NCBI GenBank assembly: GCA_019057475.1
Contig: DXJO01000010.1
Span: 288,001 to 352,000 of the forward strand
Length of the DNA stretch: 64,000 nucleotides
Reading direction: 5' to 3'
From: Candidatus Thorarchaeota archaeon
Lineage (GTDB): Archaea > Asgardarchaeota > Thorarchaeia > Thorarchaeales > Thorarchaeaceae
Shown: positions 8,961-18,720 of the stretch, piece after piece
Layout of the letters: every line of letters begins with the position of its first letter
Numbering within the stretch: position 1 is the first letter of the stretch
The notes under the pieces: model-generated
Seen by the model: only the letters and a program-made list of their open reading frames with translations
The model's database searches: none
Told to the model about the DNA's origin: nothing
Made by a program: the position numbers and the translations under genes

Positions 8961-9914
8961 TCACTCGATACCGCACTTCTTCTTTAGAATCTCCCAGTCA
9001 TCATTGACCTGTTCTTGGAGACTCTTCTTGAAGTCCGCCCACTCAGGCTTGAAGAGATGCTTAAACTGGCCTTGGGTCTTCCAGTAGTCGTCAAGTGGTC
9101 TGAGCTCCTTCAGGCGCCTGCTGGGTCCGGACATCTTGTACTCAGTCCCGTTGAATATCTCGTACAGCGGGTGCAGTCCGACCTCCATCGCAAGCTTCGC
9201 AAGCTCCATGCTCTTGCCTGTCTGAGACCTCCAGCCTCTGGGACAGGGTGAGAATGCGTGGATGAAAGCAGGCCCCTCAACCTCGAGAGCTTTGCGGAAC
9301 TTCGTAATGAAATCCCGATGATGGTACGGATTAACTGTTGCAACATATGGAGTTCTGTGGGCCGCGACAATCTCTGCAAGAGGCTTCTTACGTTGCTCTT
9401 TTCCTGGTGAAACCTTTCCAGCCCACGAGGTGGTCGTTTCCTGGCCAGGGAACGTTCCTCCGGACCTCTGGATGCCAGTGTTCTGGTAGGCGCCATTGTC
9501 GTAGCACATATACACGATGTCATGGCCTCTCTCTAGCATCCCCGAGATTGCTCCGAATCCGATGTCGAAGGTTCCGCCGTCACCGCCGATGGCGATCACA
9601 TCAACGTGTTCTTTGCTCCATCTTCCCTTCTCTCTCATCACATCAACGGCTTCTATAACACCGGATGCAACAGCTGCTGCATTCTCGAAAGCCACGTGAA
9701 TCCACGGGAGTTTCCACGCAGTATACGGGTAGATTGTTGTTGCAACCTCAAGGCATCCTGTGACCTCGCAAACGATGGTGGGGCCTCTCAGGGCCATTCC
9801 CATCAGCTTGACTATTGTTGGTGCAGCGCATCCTGCACACATCCTGTGACCAGAGGTAAGAATTTCCGGCTTCTTGAGCATGTCCTTCAGTTTGAGTGCT
9901 GCTGGTTCCGTCAT
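8961..9914 (-). CDS. porB: Pyruvate/2-ketoisovalerate:ferredoxin oxidoreductase beta subunit
   Basis: GHRMCAGC, GGDGGTFDIG TPP motif, DNGAYQNTGIQRS, SPCPRGW. Confidence 0.93.
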   Translation of the reverse strand: MTEPAALKLKDMLKKPEILTSGHRMCAGCAAPTIVKLMGMALRGPTIVCEVTGCLEVATTIYPYTAWKLPWIHVAFENAAAVASGVIEAVDVMREKGRWSKEHVDVIAIGGDGGTFDIGFGAISGMLERGHDIVYMCYDNGAYQNTGIQRSGGTFPGQETTTSWAGKVSPGKEQRKKPLAEIVAAHRTPYVATVNPYHHRDFITKFRKALEVEGPAFIHAFSPCPRGWRSQTGKSMELAKLAMEVGLHPLYEIFNGTEYKMSGPSRRLKELRPLDDYWKTQGQFKHLFKPEWADFKKSLQEQVNDDWEILKKKCGIE

Positions 9915-11128
9915 TATTTGCGCACCCCCATTGTTTCATAGAGAGGAGCTTTTCCTTTCTTGAGATACTCCTTCGTCTTCTCGTATCCCTCGACTATCGT
10001 TGTTGGTGGACAATCTCGACCACCGAGACCTATCACGAAGTCAACGACCATAGGCCTCTTCTCGAGATCATAGAGTGCGGTTCTGAGCTCCAAAGCTAGT
10101 GGATTTGATGGTGCCCCAAATGAGCGGCACTTCTCAAACACAATCACAGCCTTGGCGTTCTTAACTACCTCAACAATCTCCTTCGTTGGGAACGGTCTGA
10201 ACATCCTTAGTCTGAGGACACCAACCTTCTCGCCCTTCTCGCGCAGAACATCCACAGTAGCCTTCGCAGTACCACCGGGTGTGCTGTGCGTGAAGATGAT
10301 AATCTCAGCATCATCAGTCCTGTATTCCTCAAACATGCCATACCTGCGACCGGTCATCTTCTCGAAATCAGTTTCGACCTGCGCAAATACTTCTGGGACT
10401 GCTTCCATGGCCCTCTCCTGCTGCTCCTTGAACTCGAAGTAGTAGTCAGTTAGAGCCAATGGTCCCATTGTTATTGGATTGTCCGGGTCCAGCTTGATGA
10501 ATGGCTCGCGGACTCCCAGGAAGTTTTCCACTGCCTTCGTCGGAAGCATCTCGACACGCTCGACGTTATGGCTCAGAATGAAGCCGTCGATGCACACCAT
10601 GATTGGTAGGAGTACCTTGTGATCCTCTGCAATCTTGAACGCCATAATGGTCGTGTCATAAGCCTCTTGGCAGCTCTGTGTGTAAATTTGAATGAAGCCG
10701 CTGTCGCGCGCGCCGTAGGTATCTGACCAATCGTTGTGAATGTTGATTGGTCCCGACAATGCCCTGTTCGCTACGGTGAAGATAATGGGCATCCTCATCG
10801 AAGCTGCACAGTATAGGATTTCCCACATTAGGGCAAGTCCAGCAGATGCCGATGCAGTAGCTACTCTGGCTCCCACAGCTGAGGCTCCAATACAGGCTGA
10901 CATTGCGCTGTGCTCGGACTCCACTGGGATGACCCTACAGTGTACCTCCCCGTTTGCTGCAAATTTCTGATAGTCTTCCACAATTATGGTTTGCGGAGTT
11001 ATAGGGTACGCCGCAAGAACGTCAAGGTCACACTGCTTCAACGCGTGAGCGATGGCAGCGTCACCGGTGAGCCCTTCGATTGCTATTTGGTCCTTGGGTA
11101 TTCTCTTGACTGCTGTCATCCTATTCAT
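9914..11128 (-). CDS. porA: Pyruvate/2-ketoisovalerate:ferredoxin oxidoreductase alpha subunit
   Basis: AYPITPQT, ESEHSAMSA, NRALSGPINIH, DGFILSH. Confidence 0.93.
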   Translation of the reverse strand: MNRMTAVKRIPKDQIAIEGLTGDAAIAHALKQCDLDVLAAYPITPQTIIVEDYQKFAANGEVHCRVIPVESEHSAMSACIGASAVGARVATASASAGLALMWEILYCAASMRMPIIFTVANRALSGPINIHNDWSDTYGARDSGFIQIYTQSCQEAYDTTIMAFKIAEDHKVLLPIMVCIDGFILSHNVERVEMLPTKAVENFLGVREPFIKLDPDNPITMGPLALTDYYFEFKEQQERAMEAVPEVFAQVETDFEKMTGRRYGMFEEYRTDDAEIIIFTHSTPGGTAKATVDVLREKGEKVGVLRLRMFRPFPTKEIVEVVKNAKAVIVFEKCRSFGAPSNPLALELRTALYDLEKRPMVVDFVIGLGGRDCPPTTIVEGYEKTKEYLKKGKAPLYETMGVRK

Positions 11129-11417
11129 TCTCCATCCTTATGCTGTCAGTTGGACATTGGTTAGCACAAATTCCGCAGCCCTTACAATATTCCAGATCGA
11201 ACTCGTAGATGTACTTCCCATCCTTTTCGATGAGTTTAACCGAATTATCCGGGCAGTAGATCCAACAGAGGCCGCAGGTTCCATTCTTGACCCAGAGACA
11301 GGTTTCGTCCGTATGGATTGGACGTTGTGCACGCCAACCACCGGTCTTGTACTTCGTTGCGTTGCCTGGCTCGATGATATTGCCAGCCATTGGTATTTCG
11401 TTGTATTTCTCGCTCAT
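11121..11417 (-). CDS. porD: 2-oxoacid:ferredoxin oxidoreductase delta subunit (2x[4Fe-4S])
   Basis: TGGWR, CGLCWIYCPD, YCKGCGICANQCP. Confidence 0.92.
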   Translation of the reverse strand: MSEKYNEIPMAGNIIEPGNATKYKTGGWRAQRPIHTDETCLWVKNGTCGLCWIYCPDNSVKLIEKDGKYIYEFDLEYCKGCGICANQCPTDSIRMENE

Positions 11418-11989
11418 CCTGTCTGAGCCTCCTCTATAGCTCTCTCCATTGCAGCTTTGTTCAATTGGCCAACCTTTCCGGGATATCGTTCGATAACCTC
11501 ATTGATGACTGTCTCGATCTTGACAGTCCCGGTAGCCATCACTGCCGCTGCCATGGTGGGCATGTTGTAGAACGGACGCCCCATGATATCCATGGCAATG
11601 GTACTAGCGTCGACCGTAACCACCTTTCCACCCATGAAGTTGAACTTCTTACGCATCTCCTCAGGACTCTTGTCTGTATTGAGAACAAGAATACCATCTT
11701 CTTTCAGCCCCTCGGCAGGGTTCACTACATCAAGCAGAGTTGGGTCAATGCAGACCACGACGTCTGGCTTGTAGACCTGAGCGTACACCTGAATCGGTTT
11801 CTTGCTTATCCTCAGGAATGCTCTAACAGGTGCTCCCGTGCGTTCGGGACCGAACTCTGGGAACGCCTGTATGTAGTTACCCTCCGCAAGGGCAGCCTTT
11901 CCTAGCATCTGGTTGCTGGTGATCACTCCCTGACCGCCGCGCCCGTGCCAACGGAATTCTGTAATGCCTTTTGCGAAGTCAAGCGCCAT
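11414..11989 (-). CDS. porG: 2-oxoacid:ferredoxin oxidoreductase gamma subunit
   Basis: RWHGRGGQG, FPEFGPERTGAPV. Start set at MALDFAK. Confidence 0.92.
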   Translation of the reverse strand: MALDFAKGITEFRWHGRGGQGVITSNQMLGKAALAEGNYIQAFPEFGPERTGAPVRAFLRISKKPIQVYAQVYKPDVVVCIDPTLLDVVNPAEGLKEDGILVLNTDKSPEEMRKKFNFMGGKVVTVDASTIAMDIMGRPFYNMPTMAAAVMATGTVKIETVINEVIERYPGKVGQLNKAAMERAIEEAQTG

Positions 11990-12319
11990 TGTATTCTCAC
12001 CTAGGTGATGGCGCAGGCACCAGTGGAAATGCACTTATGTATTGTGGCGTAGCCTTCTAAGCTTTGAAGCAGGTCAACAGTATTCTTTCAGAGATATTGC
12101 TAGGTCACTCTTGCGCCAGAATCAGGAAGTTGTCCGAGAGCGGCCAAGATATCGGCCGTGAGCATCAGGGTCAGAAGAGGAGAACTGGAACGCAATGAGC
12201 TACGCTGCATCTTCATCATCGAACTGGCCGCTCCAGCCATTCATTACGTACGCTTTGGAAATTGTACTGTAACTCACGTCATTCCCTATCAATGAGAACT
12301 AACATTAATAGACTAACTG

Positions 12320-13564
12320 TCAACGCATCTTCTTCACAGCCAGAAGCACAATGGCGACCAACACGACACTAACCAACGATGCGGCGGCCACCAGTTCGGT
12401 TCCAGTCCCTCCAAAAACATCCGCTATTATATTCGCATTTACCGTATCATTGACAACGTTTCCAAAAGCATCATAGACAAAGAGGGTGAAATTGTGCAGA
12501 CCCAACTGTGCACCTGTCAGGTGAATCTCTATATCCTCGCCATCCCAGACTACCGTTATGAATAAATTGCCATCTTTATGGAGGGCATACTCGTACGGAA
12601 ACTCATCTCTTGGGGTCCAAGCAACGTTCGCGCCTGATGAGTCCTGCTCAAATATCACGTCTGACGGACTGTTGATTGTTGGCGCACTTGTGTCGTTCAG
12701 AATATGCGGGTGCCTGTCAACGGAGAATGCTGATCCAAGCTCAATCTCGTATGATCCATCATTGTCATAATCGGTCCAATAATTCCCTATGCTTACATTA
12801 TCATCCCATAGGTTATCTTGGCCGTTATCTTCAGCATTACTCTCTTGAGTGCCCGGGTACAGCTCCCCGTTCCAACCTACGCTATTCGCATAGATTGAGC
12901 AGTTGTATGTGTTCGCATCCAGAGAAACCCCCCTCAACACATTGCGATAGATCTTGTTACCAACAATAGAGCAATTACCAGACCATCCAACGTCGATTCC
13001 ATAGCTGTTGCTGAAGATTGTACTGTTGGATATCGAGATGCGATGCGACCAGTCAAGGTTGACACCTCTATTGCAGCCATAGACAGTGATATTATCAATG
13101 GTGCAGTCGCTCGACTGGACGAGCCATAGCCCCTCGCCTGACTGAACTATCTTGCACCTCTCCACACGGCCAAAATCAACTTGGTTGAGCCGAATGGCCG
13201 CCGAATACTGCACTGATTTGAAGTAGCAATCCCTGATAACAAAGAACACCGAAGTTGTGAATATTGAAATGCAATAGCCATCGGCTGTGATATTCAGACC
13301 CTCGATGATGTATGGGTCATCCTTGGTGCCACTGCCAGAGAAATCCCAGGCAGTGAAGCCATCATCACTGTCAATTACGATTGGGAAGTGCGCCTCATAG
13401 GCTTCTAGAAACGGAATGGATGTCTGTGCTAAGGTGGACGCCATGACTTGATGACCTTGGCTCCACTGTAGACCTGTCATGGTTAGGATGAAAATCAGAC
13501 AACATAATACTACTCTACGCCTGCTTATCACATGGGACGCCTCCGTACGTTGACTATGGTTCAA
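12320..13564 (-). CDS. Secreted NosD/CASH right-handed beta-helix protein with Ig-like domain and C-terminal membrane anchor
   Basis: Signal peptide, GSGTKDDPYIIE motif, Asn-rich parallel beta-helix repeats, WDDNVSIGNYWTDY, C-terminal TM + KKMR. Confidence 0.8.
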   Translation of the reverse strand: MNHSQRTEASHVISRRRVVLCCLIFILTMTGLQWSQGHQVMASTLAQTSIPFLEAYEAHFPIVIDSDDGFTAWDFSGSGTKDDPYIIEGLNITADGYCISIFTTSVFFVIRDCYFKSVQYSAAIRLNQVDFGRVERCKIVQSGEGLWLVQSSDCTIDNITVYGCNRGVNLDWSHRISISNSTIFSNSYGIDVGWSGNCSIVGNKIYRNVLRGVSLDANTYNCSIYANSVGWNGELYPGTQESNAEDNGQDNLWDDNVSIGNYWTDYDNDGSYEIELGSAFSVDRHPHILNDTSAPTINSPSDVIFEQDSSGANVAWTPRDEFPYEYALHKDGNLFITVVWDGEDIEIHLTGAQLGLHNFTLFVYDAFGNVVNDTVNANIIADVFGGTGTELVAAASLVSVVLVAIVLLAVKKMR

Positions 13565-13573
13565 CGTGATGTC

Positions 13574-13819
13574 TTATGGTATCGGTCGCTTCTTGAAGAT
13601 TATGAATAGCACGATTGCAGCAATGATAACACCCCCGCCTGCAAGGATGAGGAACTCGACACTGAAACCGCCAATAGGGTCCAATGGGAAATCGGGTGTT
13701 CCGTTTGGTAGGACGTTGGGATATCTGTCTACACTGTGAGCATCGCTGTCAATCGTATGCTCCCCCGTTCCATTATAGTCGCTCCATCAGTTGCCTATGT
13801 CTATGCCATTGTCCCATTC
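13574..13819 (-). pseudogene. C-terminal remnant of a NosD-type surface protein with an in-frame TGA
   Basis: EWDNGIDIGN*WSDYNGTGEHTIDSDAHSVDRYP...LILAGGGVIIAAIVLFIIFKKRPIP*. It is paralogous to both neighbours, has a stop at 13787-13789 and lacks its 5' part. Confidence 0.75.
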
Positions 13820-13820
13820 C

Positions 13821-13934
13821 TCAGTAAACAAGATTGAGCTTGCAGTCACACTATCCAATCCTGCAAAACGAATGTATGATTCTCTCGGGTTTAGAATTCT
13901 CAGCGAAGCTTCCACTTTCATTTGGATGAGATGA
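13821..13934 (+). pseudogene. C-terminal remnant of a GNAT acetyltransferase
   Basis: SVNKIELAVTLSNPAKRMYDSLGFRILSEASTFIWMR* matches the GNAT terminal motif (L.V...N.A..LY..LGF). No 5' part is present. Confidence 0.6.
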
Positions 13935-14075
13935 ACCGAGTACACTTCATACTTTTTGACGATTCTTGAGAATTCATGATCCAGATACTGACTACGAACT
14001 TCGGAAGATATTTAATGAACTCTCTTGGTGGACACTGTAACAGGGCATTTACTGTTTTTGTAAGGGTGGATTGGA

Positions 14076-17000
14076 ATGAGAATTAAGGCAACTCTACTCG
14101 CAATCATTATTCTGTTGGTTGTATCCCCATTTTTCATACAACCTAATGGATTGAATAATATCAAGGAAGAAGTACAAAGAACTTGCTGGGAAGTAAGCTA
14201 CACTGATAGTGGTCCAATTCTAATCGAAGAAGACGATGATTTTGGTGTGTTAGGTTTTCCTGGAGCGGGTTCTGAGTTCTCACCATATCTTATTGATGAC
14301 TTGAATTTTACAAGCAATGATGTTTGTATCACAATAAGAAATACGCGCGCTTATTTCAATATCACAAATTGCTATTTTGCTCCTGAATATGAAGACTATA
14401 CAATAGGAATCGTTTTAGTGAATGTTACGAATGCCTATATTGGCTCTAATATCTTTTCTAACAAGACAACAGCAATTCAATGGAATCACGTCAATGATTC
14501 GCGGTGTGTTGACAACGAAATCATTGGAAATGTAAACTCAGGTGTTTCTCTTTCAGGTTGTTATGACAGTGTGGTGGAGTTAAATCAAATCGTTGGTAAT
14601 GATGAGAATCGTGGAAATGGTGTATATCTTTTCGATTCTATCTCCTGTAATATATCTGAGAATGAAATAGCAAACTCCTACATTGGAATTAAAGCTGCGT
14701 GGGCTGAAAATTGTACCATTGATCAGAATCAGCTACATAACTTTGACTACGGTCCATTTGTATCTATTGACTCCCCATCAGCAATACGGGTTCAGGGCTC
14801 ACCAAACTGTACTATACGACAGAACGATATTTCCGAAAGTCCAGTTGCTGGAATACTCCTCTATGGACCTGCGGACGTTCATTGTATTGAAAACACTCTG
14901 ACTGGTTGTGGTTTCTTCACACAGGGCTTAATGCCTGGTAATCCTGGATTCTACACAATAGGCGATATGGTAAATAACAAACCCGTTCTTTATGTCTGGA
15001 ATCAGACTAATCTAAATATCAGTGGATCTTTGTATGGTCAAATCATTCTTCATGAAGCTAAATTCTGCTCAATAGCAGAGGGTCAGTTCAATGAAGCGTC
15101 TGTAGGAATTTCCTTATCGTTTTGTACCAACTGTACTATAGAAGATACAGAATCATCTGGAAATCATTTTGCTGGTGCTCTTATGTTTCTCAGCACTAAC
15201 TGTACATTTAACAACTTAGCATTAGATGATAACTCACGTATGCAAGGTGGAATGAATTTAGTTTCGAGTGTTTGGGTGTATGGTAGTCAAAATGCGAAAG
15301 TTACCAATTGTGAAATAACAAATTCACAGGGCGCTGGTTTACTAATAATGCAATCTACGTTAACTGTGGTGACTAATAATACATTCATGAAAAACGGGAT
15401 ATTCATGATGGGAGGAATGGGACCTACTGTTGTAGAGGACTACTACATCATTGAGGAAAATAACACCATCAATGGTAAGCAATTTGGTTATTTCTATAAT
15501 GAAACTGACAAAACTGTGGACGGAACTCTCTATGGACAAATATATGCCGTGAATTCGAGTAGAGTTAGTATTGTTGGCGGGGACTTTTCCGAAGCAACTT
15601 CTGGAGTTGCATTCGTTTTTACTAGTAACTGCTCTCTAGAATCTGCTGCTATGAATCAAAACTCATTTTACGGACTGCAAAATCTCTTCTCCACAAATAC
15701 AAGCATTATCAATAATTCAATCGATGATAATCCATATTCTGCGATACATAACACATTTTCCGAATCCTCGACCTTTCTGAATAACTCAATATGTGGAAAT
15801 GGACATGGTATCCCAGAAGGTCAAACAATGCCAACATTAGCGCTTTCCTCCTACGATAGATTATCTTACAACACAATTTCTCAAAATCGATACGGTATTG
15901 CTCTAGATGGATCCAATATTACTGTGCACAAGAACAATATCTCATGTAATGGTATAAACGGAATTTGGGTCAATAATGCAGGCTTCTTCAATATCTCATC
16001 CAATTGTATAGCAGGCAATTTCATGGAACCAGTGGCCAGCGCATCCGTTGCCGGGATTTACGTTTCTGGTGGTACTTATGGAGTCATTCACAACAATTCC
16101 ATCTATAGCAATAGTGGATATGGCATCATGATAGGTAGTCTTTCTGCCACAAAGAATTCGATTTATTGGAACGAAGTCGGTTGGAACGGTGTTGGGAATG
16201 CTGCAGAAGGCGGTCCTGATAATCTGTGGGATGATAACGTCACGACTGGAAATGCTTGGAGTGACTATGTAGGACCTGGTACTTATCCTATTATGTTATC
16301 GTCAAGTGTTGATAGGTATCCAAGTACATTGACTGATATCACAGTTCCAACGATTAAAGGTCCTGATGACGTAATCTTTGAATCTGGTACTTCAAACAAT
16401 GCATTAGTGTGGAATGCTTCGGACAATTATCCTGGCAATTTCGTTGTGTATCAGAATGGAACACCTATAGAAAACCGGACATGGTGTTTCAAACCAATCG
16501 AAGTGGAACTTGAACCATTGGATGTAGGTTTCTATAATCTAACAATTGTAGTCTATGATGGTGAAGGTAACACTGCTTCGGATACAGTTATCGTTGAATC
16601 AGCAGACTCAATCAATCCTACAATAGACAATCCAGGTGACATTGAATATTCCATTGGACAAACTGGAAACAATATCATATGGCATGGTTCCGACTTAAAC
16701 CCTGCATCCTATGAAATATTCCAAGATGAGATATCAATTAAGACGGGTGTCTGGAATTTCAGTATAGAATCCATTGTGATAAACGTTGATGGGCTTTTAG
16801 CGGCAGAATACAACTATACCATTTTGGTGACTGACATGGGAGGTAATACTGCTGTTGATGAAGTCATAGTAACAGTTATTGAAGCAACATCCCCAAGTAT
16901 AGACTCACCTGAAGATATTGAATATGCTGAGTTTGACACCGATAACATGATTGTGTGGCATCCAAATGATGCTAATCCAGAATCCTATATCATCTATTTT

Positions 17001-17606
17001 GAAGAAACTCCTTTGAAATCTGGTTTCTGGAATACAAGCTCTGAGAGTATTTCAATATCTGTGGATGGATTAAGTCTTGGTGTCTTTAACTATACGATTC
17101 TTGTAACAGATCAGTATGATAATACTGCGCAAGATGAAGTTCTTGTTATTGTAACCGATGGGACACCACCTGTAGTGAATGATGTGCCAGATGTAGCTTT
17201 CACAGAGGGTTCAACCGGACACAATATCACATGGTTACCAACCGACTTACATCCCGACTCTTTCGAGATTCTTCTTGATGGTTCAATGATTAGAAATGGG
17301 TTGTGGAACTCAAGTGGAGAGAGTATCTTTGTTGCTCTGGACAGTCTTGACCCGGGTACCTACAATTACACTGTCATCATAACTGATGTAGGTGGGAATA
17401 CTATTAGTGATACTGTGATTGTAACAGTTACTGAGGTAACCACTACAACAGCAACTACTACCACTACTACCACTACAACTACGACAACCACTAGAACCTC
17501 GACGACTACAGAAGGAAATATTCCTCCTATGACCATATTGCTCTTATCAGCTGTTGCTGGAATACTCATCATCTTTGTTGTCATTCTGTTACGAGTGAAA
17601 AAGTAA
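14076..17606 (+). CDS. Large cell-surface glycoprotein: tandem NosD/CASH beta-helices, about four Ig-like repeats, Thr-rich linker, C-terminal TM
   Basis: Signal peptide; many NxS/T sequons; repeats of P.I..P.D.......N.I.W...D..P..Y.I...YNYTI.V.D..GN; poly-Thr; TM + RVKK. The DNA is visibly more AT-rich than its flanks. Confidence 0.85.
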   Translation: MRIKATLLAIIILLVVSPFFIQPNGLNNIKEEVQRTCWEVSYTDSGPILIEEDDDFGVLGFPGAGSEFSPYLIDDLNFTSNDVCITIRNTRAYFNITNCYFAPEYEDYTIGIVLVNVTNAYIGSNIFSNKTTAIQWNHVNDSRCVDNEIIGNVNSGVSLSGCYDSVVELNQIVGNDENRGNGVYLFDSISCNISENEIANSYIGIKAAWAENCTIDQNQLHNFDYGPFVSIDSPSAIRVQGSPNCTIRQNDISESPVAGILLYGPADVHCIENTLTGCGFFTQGLMPGNPGFYTIGDMVNNKPVLYVWNQTNLNISGSLYGQIILHEAKFCSIAEGQFNEASVGISLSFCTNCTIEDTESSGNHFAGALMFLSTNCTFNNLALDDNSRMQGGMNLVSSVWVYGSQNAKVTNCEITNSQGAGLLIMQSTLTVVTNNTFMKNGIFMMGGMGPTVVEDYYIIEENNTINGKQFGYFYNETDKTVDGTLYGQIYAVNSSRVSIVGGDFSEATSGVAFVFTSNCSLESAAMNQNSFYGLQNLFSTNTSIINNSIDDNPYSAIHNTFSESSTFLNNSICGNGHGIPEGQTMPTLALSSYDRLSYNTISQNRYGIALDGSNITVHKNNISCNGINGIWVNNAGFFNISSNCIAGNFMEPVASASVAGIYVSGGTYGVIHNNSIYSNSGYGIMIGSLSATKNSIYWNEVGWNGVGNAAEGGPDNLWDDNVTTGNAWSDYVGPGTYPIMLSSSVDRYPSTLTDITVPTIKGPDDVIFESGTSNNALVWNASDNYPGNFVVYQNGTPIENRTWCFKPIEVELEPLDVGFYNLTIVVYDGEGNTASDTVIVESADSINPTIDNPGDIEYSIGQTGNNIIWHGSDLNPASYEIFQDEISIKTGVWNFSIESIVINVDGLLAAEYNYTILVTDMGGNTAVDEVIVTVIEATSPSIDSPEDIEYAEFDTDNMIVWHPNDANPESYIIYFEETPLKSGFWNTSSESISISVDGLSLGVFNYTILVTDQYDNTAQDEVLVIVTDGTPPVVNDVPDVAFTEGSTGHNITWLPTDLHPDSFEILLDGSMIRNGLWNSSGESIFVALDSLDPGTYNYTVIITDVGGNTISDTVIVTVTEVTTTTATTTTTTTTTTTTTRTSTTTEGNIPPMTILLLSAVAGILIIFVVILLRVKK
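17439..17510 (+). repeat. Low-complexity ACN codon run encoding the poly-Thr linker
   Basis: accactacaacagcaactactaccactactaccactacaactacgacaacc... Confidence 0.7.
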
Positions 17607-17645
17607 TATTTGGCGGCTCAGCCGCCTCTCCTTTTTCATGAACAT

Positions 17646-18281
17646 TCACTTTGGGGACTCATCTTCAATGGAATGAATCACGTCAGCGTGCATGGCATTG
17701 AGGTCCATGAACAGCTTCCTGTATTCATCATTCATGATGTCGATGTAGACTATGTTCTTTGCTCTATCAATATCGATGAACTTCAGCGATCTCTCTAGGG
17801 CTCTTGGATAGTAGCCGTAGACTACCAGAGTGAAGAACAACACGAGAACCACGGTCAGACCTACCACAGGTTCAAGCAATGGTCGGGAATACCATATCGC
17901 CGCATTGATTCCCAAGAGGAAGAACAAAGCCGGATAGAATAGGACGAATACCGCGGCCCAAGCAATGAATCGCGCTCGGCCAGTTCTGAGCTTGCCGCTG
18001 CCATGGAGCATGCAGGTTGGCACCCAGAATGTCACTGCGCTTCTCGCAGAGGCCAAGATCAGGTCCGCTTTGTCTTTGCCATCGGCCCACGTACTTACAG
18101 CGCTTTCATCCCCTCGTACTGCTGAAGACCTCTCTGTGATTGTGACGGATACCAAGTCCTCTGGTTCATCAAGGCAGACAGGGCACTTTTCTGGGAATTC
18201 CACCTTGGATATATTCGCTCTCACAAGTGTAAAGCCAGTGATTTCTTGCTTCTTCTCAGCATCTTCGCTCATCCTTCCCAC
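17646..18281 (-). CDS. Hypothetical membrane protein with a putative Zn site and two TM helices
   Basis: CPVC...CMLH followed by two hydrophobic segments. Confidence 0.65.
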   Translation of the reverse strand: MGRMSEDAEKKQEITGFTLVRANISKVEFPEKCPVCLDEPEDLVSVTITERSSAVRGDESAVSTWADGKDKADLILASARSAVTFWVPTCMLHGSGKLRTGRARFIAWAAVFVLFYPALFFLLGINAAIWYSRPLLEPVVGLTVVLVLFFTLVVYGYYPRALERSLKFIDIDRAKNIVYIDIMNDEYRKLFMDLNAMHADVIHSIEDESPK

Positions 18282-18286
18282 TTACC

Positions 18287-18661
18287 TCATTCAGGGGGCA
18301 TCACGATGATCTGAACACTTGTTAAAGGCCTGTTGTCATTGGGCTCGGAGGCATCAAAGGTATCGAATGTCATTTCGTACAAGAAACGGCGTTCCCTCAT
18401 CTTCAACTCATGCGCCACACGGACGGAGAGTCCGATTCCCTTGAAGCCGTATCCTCTTATCGCCACCATTCGTTTATCGGATCTTACCAGGTCTTGTATG
18501 GTGGCCGCTATCTTGCGCACGTCAATCTTGCCAACCTTGGGTGAGATTTCAAGCAACACGTATTCGCTAGTCGGAAAAACTGCGACATCTTCCTCCATCG
18601 CGATTGAAACAACCTCATCTCTCAGATTGAGCTGCTCAGGGATTCGGTCACGAAGGGACAT
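18287..18661 (-). CDS. Divergent Alba-like nucleic-acid-binding protein
   Basis: VAIRGYGFKGIGLSVRVAHELK and terminal LTSVQIIV resemble Alba IKARGRAISRAVDVAE / VSTIEIVL. Start set at MSLRD. Confidence 0.5.
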   Translation of the reverse strand: MSLRDRIPEQLNLRDEVVSIAMEEDVAVFPTSEYVLLEISPKVGKIDVRKIAATIQDLVRSDKRMVAIRGYGFKGIGLSVRVAHELKMRERRFLYEMTFDTFDASEPNDNRPLTSVQIIVMPPE

Positions 18662-18720
18662 GATTATGATTGAATGTAGTCGGACTAATAACTTGAGCGG
18701 CTTCACTAGCCACAAACCTA

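Noticed and set aside
13787-13789. In-frame TGA as possible selenocysteine
   Set aside because: It aligns with a non-Cys position (Tyr and Ala in the GNxW motif of the two paralogs) in a gene fragment with no 5' end. A nonsense mutation is simpler.
17439-17510. ACT/ACC/ACA repeat as a CRISPR array or contingency repeat
   Set aside because: It is an imperfect in-frame Thr codon run with no repeat-spacer structure.
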